Shown here: piece by piece, positions 1-6,872 of the stretch | How positions within the stretch are numbered: position 1 is the stretch's first letter | Layout: the number at the start of each line of letters is the position of its first letter | DNA from: Nitrosopumilales archaeon | GTDB taxonomy: Archaea > Thermoproteota > Nitrososphaeria > Nitrososphaerales > Nitrosopumilaceae | Assembly (NCBI GenBank): GCA_007280335.1 | Contig: QYQE01000026.1 | Coordinates: forward strand, 1-32,000 | Direction: 5' to 3' | Length of the DNA: 32,000 nt | Translations under genes and position numbers: made by a program | The notes under the pieces: model-generated | Seen by the model: only the letters and a program-made list of their open reading frames with translations | What the model was told of the DNA's origin: nothing | The model's database searches: none

Positions 1-768
1 AAACTAGGTTATAGAATGACGCGCGGTATCTTGCTTTATGGACCGAGCGGAACTGGTAAGACGCTTTTAGCAAAAGCTGTAGCAACAGAAAGTGAGGCAA
101 ATTTCATTTCAGTCAAGGGCCCAGAATTACTCTCAAAATGGGTTGGAGAATCAGAACGTGGAATACGTGAGATATTCAAAAGGGCAAGGCAAGCCTCGCC
201 GTGTGTAATATTCTTTGATGAGATTGATTCCATCGTTCCGGTACGAGGAATGGGAGAAAGTGCCGTTACAGAAAAAGTTGTCAGCCAGCTTTTAACTGAA
301 CTTGATGGCATTGAAAGCTTGCATGGTGTTGTAGTCCTTGCAGCAACAAACAGAGCAGACATGATTGACAAGGCGATACTACGACCTGGAAGATTTGATA
401 AAATGATTCTAGTACCAATGCCAGAGAAGGAAGGACGACTAAAAATATTAGAGATAAATTGTAAGGACATACCTATTGACAAAGAAAAAAGAATTGAAAA
501 CAGTCCGAACCCTGATTATGTAGATCTGGAAAAGATTGCCGAGAATGCTGATGGTCTGAGTGGTGCTGATGTTGCCTCTATTGCAAATACAGCAGCATCG
601 ATGGTCATACATGAGTTTCTTGAAAAATATCCTGATCCAGTAGAAGCAGAAAAACAGGCAGAAACTGCCAAAGTAAAGATGAGACACTTTGAAGACGCTC
701 TTCGTAAAGTCAGAACACAAAAAGATCTAAAGACCGGCGAAAAGCTAACCGTCTCCCACTTTAGGTAA
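1..768 (+). CDS. cdc48: CDC48/VCP-type AAA+ ATPase, C-terminal (D2) part; the 5' end lies outside the window
   Basis: Frame 1 is open from base 1 (KLGYRMTRGILLYGPSGTGKT). It has Walker A GPSGTGKT, Walker B VIFFDEIDS and the second region of homology ATNRADMIDKAILRPGRFD. Stop is at 766-768. Confidence 0.9.
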   Translation, partial: KLGYRMTRGILLYGPSGTGKTLLAKAVATESEANFISVKGPELLSKWVGESERGIREIFKRARQASPCVIFFDEIDSIVPVRGMGESAVTEKVVSQLLTELDGIESLHGVVVLAATNRADMIDKAILRPGRFDKMILVPMPEKEGRLKILEINCKDIPIDKEKRIENSPNPDYVDLEKIAENADGLSGADVASIANTAASMVIHEFLEKYPDPVEAEKQAETAKVKMRHFEDALRKVRTQKDLKTGEKLTVSHFR

Positions 769-1112
769 TTTCAAAAAAAATTGTTAATGATGCAAAGCTA
801 ATTGTCTTGATTAAAAATAAATTTTTAAAAAATCACTGAGTCTGTTTTTAGTTTATTCTTTTTTAGCTTCTTTCTCATTTGATGGTTTTGCAGAATCTTT
901 CTTAAACCATGATATCAAACATGCTAGTTTTTTGTTCATCGCATCCAAGTCTAACGTGACTTAATAAACCGTCCTAACTCATTGAATAATCAAAATATGA
1001 TCTGTATTTACTAAAGAAAAAAATTATTTTGCTATAGAATATTTGTATGATTTAGGAAATTAATCTCTTACAGTAATATATAGTCAAAATTATGAGTAAA
1101 ATTGGCGAAAAT

Positions 1113-1210
1113 GCCGGGGTCGCCTAGCCTGGTAGGGCGCGCGCCTGGAAATAATTTACCATAAAGCGCGTACTCGCAAGGGTCCGAGAGTTCAAATCTC
1201 TCTCCCGGCG
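1113..1210 (+). tRNA. tRNA-Ser (anticodon GGA) with a short intron in the anticodon loop
   Basis: The cloverleaf was folded by hand. Acceptor is GCCGGGG/TCCCGGC with one G-U pair, and the discriminator is G1210. D stem is GCCT/GGGC and anticodon stem is CGCGC(1140-1144)/GCGCG(1166-1170). The stem encloses 21 nt, which is a 7-nt loop CUGGAA..A with GGA at 1147-1149 plus about 14 extra nt. The long variable arm ACUC-GCAA-GGGU marks a class II tRNA. T arm is GAGAG-TTCAAAT-CTCTC. No CCA is encoded. Confidence 0.8.
1151..1164 (+). other. Putative tRNA intron at the canonical 37/38 position (boundaries approximate)
   Basis: There are 14 surplus nt between the two halves of the anticodon loop. The anticodon TGG(1146-1148) can pair with CCA(1159-1161) inside the insert. 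I could not draw a clean bulge-helix-bulge by hand. Confidence 0.5.
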
Positions 1211-1462
1211 CCTTGATTTCTTAAAAGCAAATGGTACTACTACCTAAAGTAAACCATAGTTATTCCTCTTTTTTATTTTTAATTCAATTGTAATATTGTA
1301 GTAAGTTTTATTTAATTTAGGCAAAGGCAAAAGAGTTTATCGACAGCGAGTAAAAATAGTAAACCCCCCGTTTAGGCGTGGAAACTGAAGCTACTAGATA
1401 ATAACGAAAGTTATGATTTGTTGGAGATTCTTTAAATCACATTTAACGTCATAACGGGTGAA

Positions 1463-2026
1463 ATGAGTAAAGACCAGTACGCAGAATCTCCAGCAATAAC
1501 ATGGAACAAAGATTATCTACTAAGATGGGAAGATTTCAAAGGAAACCCAAATCATAAAATTCCTGCTTCTGCTAATTCATCAGTAGGTCTTGAATCTCAA
1601 CCTACCATTCAACTGATTACAACAAAAACAAAATTCAAGTTTAAGATCAATGTAGTAGGAATTAGAGCAATTTTCATTCCTGATGCATCCATGATGATAA
1701 AAGAAAGAATAAGCGAACAAGGAAGTGCCACGCTTCTAAGACATGAACAGGGTCATTTTGATTTAGCAGAAGAAATAGCAAGAAAATCAAATGTTAAACT
1801 AAATGCAGAGTTTAACTCAAGAACTTTTACCATACATGGAAACAATGAAGAAGAATCTAAGAAAAATGCTCTACACCAAGTTAAAGAAATGATCTCTAAG
1901 TATCTGGTTGAGGAACATGAAGAACTAAAAACTTTGGAGAAAAAATATGATGAGGAAACGAGACATGGCATAATTGAGGATAAACAAAATGTCTACAATG
2001 AACGCTTTGACAAACTAAGAATATGA
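1463..2026 (+). CDS. DUF922-like putative Zn-metallopeptidase
   Basis: 187-aa ORF with an HExxH motif in LLRHEQGHFDLAEE and a downstream YDEETRHG...KQ segment. An N-terminal L-x-W-x-DF-x-G motif is also present. From memory this pattern matches the DUF922 family. Confidence 0.55.
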   Translation: MSKDQYAESPAITWNKDYLLRWEDFKGNPNHKIPASANSSVGLESQPTIQLITTKTKFKFKINVVGIRAIFIPDASMMIKERISEQGSATLLRHEQGHFDLAEEIARKSNVKLNAEFNSRTFTIHGNNEEESKKNALHQVKEMISKYLVEEHEELKTLEKKYDEETRHGIIEDKQNVYNERFDKLRI

Positions 2027-2027
2027 G

Positions 2028-2285
2028 ATGACTCTTGTTGGAAAAAAGAACCATTACAACGTAAAATTTCTCAAAGGTTACGGATTCTCAATAAACGTAA
2101 AAGATTCAAAAATAGTTTTGAAAAACTGTTACGATCCTTTCTCAGAACCGCAAATTGAAGAATGGTATGTCAAAAATATGCCTTATGAGAAAATTGTCCT
2201 TTCTGGAAAAGGCTACATCTCAACCGAAGTGTTAACCTATCCACTCTTGAACAGTCTTTTTTATCAAATGAATATTTCTGCCTGA
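2028..2285 (+). CDS. Small ORF resembling the N-terminal domain of Cas1; possible truncated Cas1/casposase remnant
   Basis: The ATG lies 1 nt after the stop of the upstream gene. Residues KGYGFSINVKDSKIVLKN ... PYEKIVLSGKGYISTEVL resemble the beta-strand N-domain and the hhhhxGxxxhSxxAh segment of Cas1. The resemblance ends near 2235 and no catalytic domain follows. This is a by-eye judgement only. Confidence 0.35.
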   Translation: MTLVGKKNHYNVKFLKGYGFSINVKDSKIVLKNCYDPFSEPQIEEWYVKNMPYEKIVLSGKGYISTEVLTYPLLNSLFYQMNISA

Positions 2286-3100
2286 TAGATTTTCTGGATA
2301 TTTAATGCCACGTAACTGCCAATAAATAGAAGATGCAAAAGGCAAAAGAGAGGATGGCTCTCGGCAAATTCCTTTGCTTTTTTTATAAAAGATGTATTAC
2401 CCGAATCTTTGTTCTCACCTTTCCAAATACGAATAAAATCAGATTGCTGAACATCATCATGTGAAAAGTTTCTTACTTTTTTTGTCCGGACAAGAGCATA
2501 AACTTCTGAACAATTTTCGAAAACACGTCTAATGCCATTTTCTGGCTTTTTGACTTTATACCAATGTTTGTTATCAGTTAGATCAGAAAAGAAAACTTCA
2601 GTATCAGCATATCCATTAGCTTCTGAATACAGAGAATAAAACAATTCTGGGGAGAATTGCCAGAATCCATGACCGCACCAATTATTTGCCGGAAGAGCAT
2701 GAAGTATTACACCGCCATTACTACACATTGTTGAAAGATTCTCAAATGCCTGAGGGAGATTGAAGATATGTTCCAGACTTCCAAAATCAATGATTGTGTC
2801 GTATTGATGTTCAGTATTGACTAGATTGCTAGGCAGAGGCTTGTTCATATCATGCGTATATGTCGCATCTTCATAATCAGAATAATCATAGGAATCAATC
2901 TTAACAGATTCAAAATTATCTTGTAAAAGCTTTTCACAATAAATTCCATAATCAACTTCTTGTGGAAGATTTAGTATTTTTTTAATATCTATTTTTCTAA
3001 GGAGTATCTGCTGTCTACCAATCGTTGCAGTTTTTCCGAATCTCCCGCTCCTCTTTAACGAATATCTTAGAAAATTTAATGTATGGATCTCGATTCCCAT
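2264..3100 (-). CDS. Class I SAM-dependent methyltransferase-like protein with a degenerate motif I
   Basis: 278-aa ORF. YDTIIDFGSLEHIFNLPQAFENL and CSNGGVILHALPANNWCGHGFWQFSPELF resemble methyltransferases found in glycan/LPS clusters. No clear GxGxG is present. Its 3' end overlaps the convergent 2028-2285 ORF by 22 nt. Confidence 0.55.
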   Translation of the reverse strand: MGIEIHTLNFLRYSLKRSGRFGKTATIGRQQILLRKIDIKKILNLPQEVDYGIYCEKLLQDNFESVKIDSYDYSDYEDATYTHDMNKPLPSNLVNTEHQYDTIIDFGSLEHIFNLPQAFENLSTMCSNGGVILHALPANNWCGHGFWQFSPELFYSLYSEANGYADTEVFFSDLTDNKHWYKVKKPENGIRRVFENCSEVYALVRTKKVRNFSHDDVQQSDFIRIWKGENKDSGNTSFIKKAKEFAESHPLFCLLHLLFIGSYVALNIQKIYQAEIFI

Positions 3101-3153
3101 TTTTTCCCAAATTCCTGATCTTTACTCATGTGATATATCATAAATCCCTTACA

Positions 3154-3199
3154 TTCCTTACTTTCCTTGGGCAGATTAAAGAATTTCCTTTCTTTCCTT
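3154..3199. promoter_or_regulatory. Four TTCCTT hexamers, with two copies of TTCCTTACT, in the divergent intergenic region between the methyltransferase-like gene and the AbrB-family gene
   Basis: TTCCTT occurs at 3154-3159, 3163-3168, 3185-3190 and 3194-3199. Spacing within each pair is 9 nt, and TTCCTTACT repeats at 3154 and 3194, 40 nt apart. The last copy ends 18 nt before the ATG at 3217. Confidence 0.3.
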
Positions 3200-3216
3200 A
3201 CTAATAAGGCAAAATC

Positions 3217-3390
3217 ATGGCATCAAAGGATTCAAAACGAGATATACTTGGAATGACTACAATCACCTCCAAGTTTCAGGTGACAATTCCAAAGAAACTC
3301 AGAGATAAGCACAATCTTAACGAAGGGGACAATATCGCATTCGTTGAGGAGAGTGGGAAAGTGTACTTGGTTAAGAGTAATGAAATCTGA
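3217..3390 (+). CDS. AbrB/SpoVT/MazE-family DNA-binding protein (57 aa), not in the supplied ORF track
   Basis: Hand translation gives MASKDSKRDILGMTTITSKFQVTIPKKLRDKHNLNEGDNIAFVEESGKVYLVKSNEI. The core xxQVTIPKxxRxxxxLxEGD is the swapped-hairpin AbrB signature. No toxin-like ORF is adjacent. Confidence 0.7.
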   Translation: MASKDSKRDILGMTTITSKFQVTIPKKLRDKHNLNEGDNIAFVEESGKVYLVKSNEI

Positions 3391-3598
3391 TTTTCTTCTT
3401 AACACATTATGACTAAAAATTGTTCATGAAGTTGGTTTCTCTCTAGATTCCATTTTTAGCAAAATAATTCAATGAAATAGACATTGAATCAATCATCTTT
3501 CCATCATTGATGTTTTTCTAATCTTCAAACCAAAGTCTCTGGTAATTTATCATTATGACAAACAATTTATCTACTATACATAAAATCGAAGATTAGAA

Positions 3599-4177
3599 TT
3601 GAAACATTTGTTCTACATAACATCATTGGTTCTTGCTTTAGTTATGATAGGAACCACAAGCTATGCGTTTGCTGATGATACCATACAATTAGGCGTTCCA
3701 TTTCAGATACAATTCAATCAAACAGCAACAATGCAAGATCTGCAAATAAAAATTGCGAATATAACAGATTCAAGATGTCCTTCGGATGTTACATGTGTGT
3801 GGCAAGGCCAAGCAAAGATACTAGTTGATATCAATAAAAACAGTCAAAACCTTGGAAATTTCAGCTTAATTCTAAATGATAAAAACTTGGAAGCTAGATC
3901 TTTTGATCATTATTCTATCCGTCTAATCAAAGTTGATCCATATCCAATTAGTACTAAAAAGATACAGCTTTCTGATTATGATGTCACTTTGAAATTATCC
4001 TTATTGCCACCATTAAAGCAACTCAAGTCTGGAATCTCTCCAGGACAATTTAGCTGTTTGTCAGGTCTTACGTTGGTGATAAAATCAGAAGATAACTCTC
4101 CTGCATGTATAAAATCTGCAACCATACCAAAACTTGTGGCAAGAGGATGGACTACGGCAATATCATATTCAAACTAG
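3599..4177 (+). CDS. Secreted protein of unknown function
   Basis: TTG start. The signal peptide KHLFYITSLVLALVMIGTTSYAFA is followed by DD. An N-domain carries DSRCPSDVTCVWQGQAKI, and a C-terminal Cys pair module reads PLKQLKSGISPGQFSCLSGLTLVIKSEDNSPACIKSATIPKLVARGW. Confidence 0.6.
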   Translation: MKHLFYITSLVLALVMIGTTSYAFADDTIQLGVPFQIQFNQTATMQDLQIKIANITDSRCPSDVTCVWQGQAKILVDINKNSQNLGNFSLILNDKNLEARSFDHYSIRLIKVDPYPISTKKIQLSDYDVTLKLSLLPPLKQLKSGISPGQFSCLSGLTLVIKSEDNSPACIKSATIPKLVARGWTTAISYSN

Positions 4178-4229
4178 TCTCATCTAGCTAGATACCTTCA
4201 CACAATCAATTAAAAGAAACACCTCTGTT

Positions 4230-5525
4230 TTGGTATCGTTGGCAAAATGTAATGTGGCTATAATTGGAGGTGGATTGCTTGGAACCTGCATCTCATACTG
4301 GCTTTCTAGCCTGTATGATATCGAAGTTGTAGTAATTGAGAAAGAACCAGAAGTTGCAATGCATACAAGTAGCCGAAACACCGGTGTGGTACACTCTCCT
4401 TTTTATCTAAATCCTGAAAAAAAGGGTAAGCTTGCCAAGGCAGCCTTTGTATCTCATGATCTGTGGAAGAGGTTTGCAGAAAAAAAAGGATTAGCATGGA
4501 AAACTGTTGGAACACTAGAAATTGCATTAGATGACACACAACACAAGATTCTAGAAAAATATCTAAAATGGGGTATACAAAATGGTATTTCAGAAAAAGA
4601 TCTTGAACTGCTTGACAGAAATGAGGTTGCAAAAAAAGAACCTAATGTATCTTGTCACTCTGCAGTATTTTGTAAAACAGATGTTGCTGTTGATTATGGT
4701 AAATTAACGCAAGAACTAAAAAATGAATCACAAAAAAATGGAACTAAATTTTTGTTAAACCACAAAGTAGAATCAATTGAAAATAAAAATGAACCAGTCA
4801 TAAATTTTGAAAATAAAACACAATTGTCATGTGATTTTGTGATAAACTGCGCAGGAGGATACTCACTTGATATTGCAAAAAAGTTTGGCGTAGCTATGCA
4901 ATATTCCAGTTTACATTTTAGAGGAGAATACTGGATTGCACAAAAAGAATACACTGATCTTGTGAAAACAAATATCTATTCGGTTCCTAACTATCCTGAC
5001 TTTCCATTTTTAGATCCACACTGGATTTTACGAGCTGATGGAAGAAGCGAGGTAGGACCAAATGCAGTGCCTGTACCAAGCCCTGAAACCTATTCTGGAT
5101 ATATAGGAAACGTGGAGACATTTATCTCAAAATTAATTGATGTGGTCACTGGAAATGCAAGAAATCTGCTCCTAAATGCTGATTTTATGAATCTAGTTGC
5201 AAAAGAATGGCTAAGCTCTATCTCAAAGGTAGTCATGATTGAGAGAGTACAAAAGTTCATCCCCAAAGTAAAACCTGAGTATTTCTTAGAGCGTGGAACA
5301 GCTGGGATTCGTACCCCTATCATAACACCAGAAGGAAAATTTTTACCAGATGTTGTGGAGATTGAAGGTCCAAACTCATATCATATTTTGAACTATAATT
5401 CTCCTGGGGCAACTGGGGCACCAGCTTATTCTGCATATGTTGTAAAATCATTACAGGAAAAAGGACTATTGGATTACACTACACATACAAAAGAATCAAT
5501 TTGGAATTTCGAAAAAATTACGTAA
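4230..5525 (+). CDS. lhgO: FAD-dependent L-2-hydroxyglutarate oxidase/dehydrogenase-like oxidoreductase
   Basis: N-terminal dinucleotide fold VAIIGGGLLGTC. SSRNTGVVHSPFY, FRGEYW and YPDFPFLDPH...GPNAV track the E. coli LhgO motifs as I remember them. The start is ambiguous between TTG 4230, TTG 4239 and GTG 4254. Confidence 0.75.
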   Translation: MVSLAKCNVAIIGGGLLGTCISYWLSSLYDIEVVVIEKEPEVAMHTSSRNTGVVHSPFYLNPEKKGKLAKAAFVSHDLWKRFAEKKGLAWKTVGTLEIALDDTQHKILEKYLKWGIQNGISEKDLELLDRNEVAKKEPNVSCHSAVFCKTDVAVDYGKLTQELKNESQKNGTKFLLNHKVESIENKNEPVINFENKTQLSCDFVINCAGGYSLDIAKKFGVAMQYSSLHFRGEYWIAQKEYTDLVKTNIYSVPNYPDFPFLDPHWILRADGRSEVGPNAVPVPSPETYSGYIGNVETFISKLIDVVTGNARNLLLNADFMNLVAKEWLSSISKVVMIERVQKFIPKVKPEYFLERGTAGIRTPIITPEGKFLPDVVEIEGPNSYHILNYNSPGATGAPAYSAYVVKSLQEKGLLDYTTHTKESIWNFEKIT

Positions 5526-5900
5526 CTCTACAGGTTTACCAATCCCTAGAATATCTTCTATCTTACTTGAAATCTCTATAATTTTGTTGTTGTCAACATG
5601 ACCTTCACAAGTGCAATAAACTATCAAATCATCATGATACCAAACCAGTTGATGCACCTTTGTTCTGGACACATGGGTAAAAGCAACCTTGCCTAAGGTT
5701 TTGTTGAATTTCTTCTCTATCTGTTTTGTATTATACAGATCTAAAGATAGTAATTCCTCTTTTCTTTGTGCCTTGACACTATGCTTTCCTTGTTTCATTT
5801 TGTTTAGGAGTAATTCTCCATCTTCTCCAATGATTTCTACATATCGCATTGAATCATCTATTGCTAAAATTTCATAGGATATCTTTGTAAAATCCATCAT
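5496..5900 (-). CDS. Small conserved hypothetical protein, paralog of 19283-19654
   Basis: 134-aa ORF. It shares EILxxDDSxRxV, FxxTLGK and a DDxLxx..TE....N..I..KI pattern with the 19283 ORF. Any Roadblock/LC7-like fold is only a guess. The 3' end overlaps convergent lhgO by 30 nt. Confidence 0.5.
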   Translation of the reverse strand: MMDFTKISYEILAIDDSMRYVEIIGEDGELLLNKMKQGKHSVKAQRKEELLSLDLYNTKQIEKKFNKTLGKVAFTHVSRTKVHQLVWYHDDLIVYCTCEGHVDNNKIIEISSKIEDILGIGKPVELRNFFEIPN

Positions 5901-6022
5901 TAAACAATTCTAAAAATACATCTTTATTTTTTGCATGTAACTAAAATTACACACACTAGGGGTTTTTGGATCGTCTAAAAATTGGAACCAAACTTAATAT
6001 TTTGTAGCACTCAAACAAGATC

Positions 6023-6283
6023 GTGCTTCCAGAACACTGTTCTATTAGAGAAAAGGGTGTAGACTGCCCTATGCCTCCTGAATTTATCATATCTATCAAG
6101 GTAAAAGATGATGAATACATGGTTGGTGTGACATGTGATGGGCACAAAAAGTCATTTGTGGATAAATTAGAGATATTGCAAAAAGAGGGCAAGGTTCCAA
6201 ATGGTACTATTTCCTTTACTGGATTAAAGGCAGTTGGCACAGATTGTATTAGAATGGATCCAAACGACCTGATTCAACTTTAG
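6023..6283 (+). CDS. Hypothetical small protein
   Basis: 86-aa ORF with a GTG start. It has more balanced composition than the overlapping antisense ORF 5956-6240, which is S/L/F-rich. No recognisable motif. Confidence 0.4.
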   Translation: MLPEHCSIREKGVDCPMPPEFIISIKVKDDEYMVGVTCDGHKKSFVDKLEILQKEGKVPNGTISFTGLKAVGTDCIRMDPNDLIQL

Positions 6284-6315
6284 GTACATAAGTCCAGATA
6301 ACTACCAGAAAACAA

Positions 6316-6864
6316 TTGTCAAAATTAGAATCTGCAGAGTTATTTGCTAAAGAGAGACACTCTGGCATGACAATTGATGATAAGACTCCATACTGGAAGC
6401 ATTTGGAAGGAGTTGTAAACAGACTCAAAAACCTAGGAATTACTGATGAAGATCTCCTATGTGCAGCTTGGTTACATGATAGTATCGAGAACACTATTAC
6501 AACTTTTGATGATATTGAACAAAGATTTGGCAGCAAAGTTGCAGTATTGGTTTTGGCATTATCAAAAGACAAGAATCTGCCAAAGGGGGAACAAGAACAA
6601 CAATACGTAAAACAACTAAAAGATGCATCCTGGGATGCAAAGATTGTCAAACTTTGTGACATATCTGCAAATCTTAAAGATCTAAAAAATGCATCTTGGT
6701 CAAAGACAAAAAAGTCAAAGGAGGTAAAAAAGAAACTGTATTATTTGAATTTAATAAAACCAGAATTGATCAAAAACAAATCCCAAGTTCCTGGCATTCA
6801 AGGTATAATGGATGGAATAAATGAAGTGTTGGTTTCATTTAATCAAAGACCTGTAGTTTTATGA
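6316..6864 (+). CDS. HD-domain phosphohydrolase of the SpoT/Mesh1 (small alarmone hydrolase-like) type
   Basis: AELFAKERHSG....TPYWKHLEGV, LCAAWLHDSIENT, FGSKVAVLVLALSKDK and KIVKLCDISANLKDL follow the order of the RelA/SpoT hydrolase HD motifs (H..., HD, ED-T, KLAD..NL). TTG start. Confidence 0.65.
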   Translation: MSKLESAELFAKERHSGMTIDDKTPYWKHLEGVVNRLKNLGITDEDLLCAAWLHDSIENTITTFDDIEQRFGSKVAVLVLALSKDKNLPKGEQEQQYVKQLKDASWDAKIVKLCDISANLKDLKNASWSKTKKSKEVKKKLYYLNLIKPELIKNKSQVPGIQGIMDGINEVLVSFNQRPVVL

Positions 6865-6872
6865 TGCGCCTT

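Noticed and set aside
36-720. Minus-strand ORFs 36-482 and 448-720, antisense to the CDC48 gene
   Set aside because: They lie entirely inside a strongly conserved AAA+ coding frame. Their composition is S/F/L/I-rich and typical of shadow ORFs, and they have no motifs.
787-839. C/D-box sRNA-like arrangement: AUGAUGC at 787-793, UUGA at 807-810 and CUGA at 836-839, spanning about 53 nt
   Set aside because: There is no recognisable C' box and no terminal stem. The would-be guide regions are almost pure A/U, and the boxes are degenerate. This is likely chance in AT-rich intergenic DNA.
853-939. 28-codon minus-strand ORF MNKKLACLISWFKKDSAKPSNEKEAKKE in the long CDC48-tRNA spacer
   Set aside because: It is too short, lacks supporting signals and cannot be distinguished from chance without conservation data.
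3467-3489. 8-bp inverted repeat ATTCAATG-N7-CATTGAAT downstream of the AbrB-family gene
   Set aside because: It is a short, AT-only stem and archaeal termination does not require hairpins. It is not distinguishable from background.
4182-4193. Perfect 12-nt palindrome ATCTAGCTAGAT between the secreted-protein gene and lhgO
   Set aside because: It is a single short palindrome with no second copy seen. It could be a binding site, but there is no supporting evidence.
5956-6240. Minus-strand 94-aa ORF overlapping the 6023-6283 plus-strand ORF
   Set aside because: Its composition is low-complexity (S/F/L/P/T-rich) and looks like an antisense shadow. The plus-strand reading is more protein-like, although neither is strongly supported.
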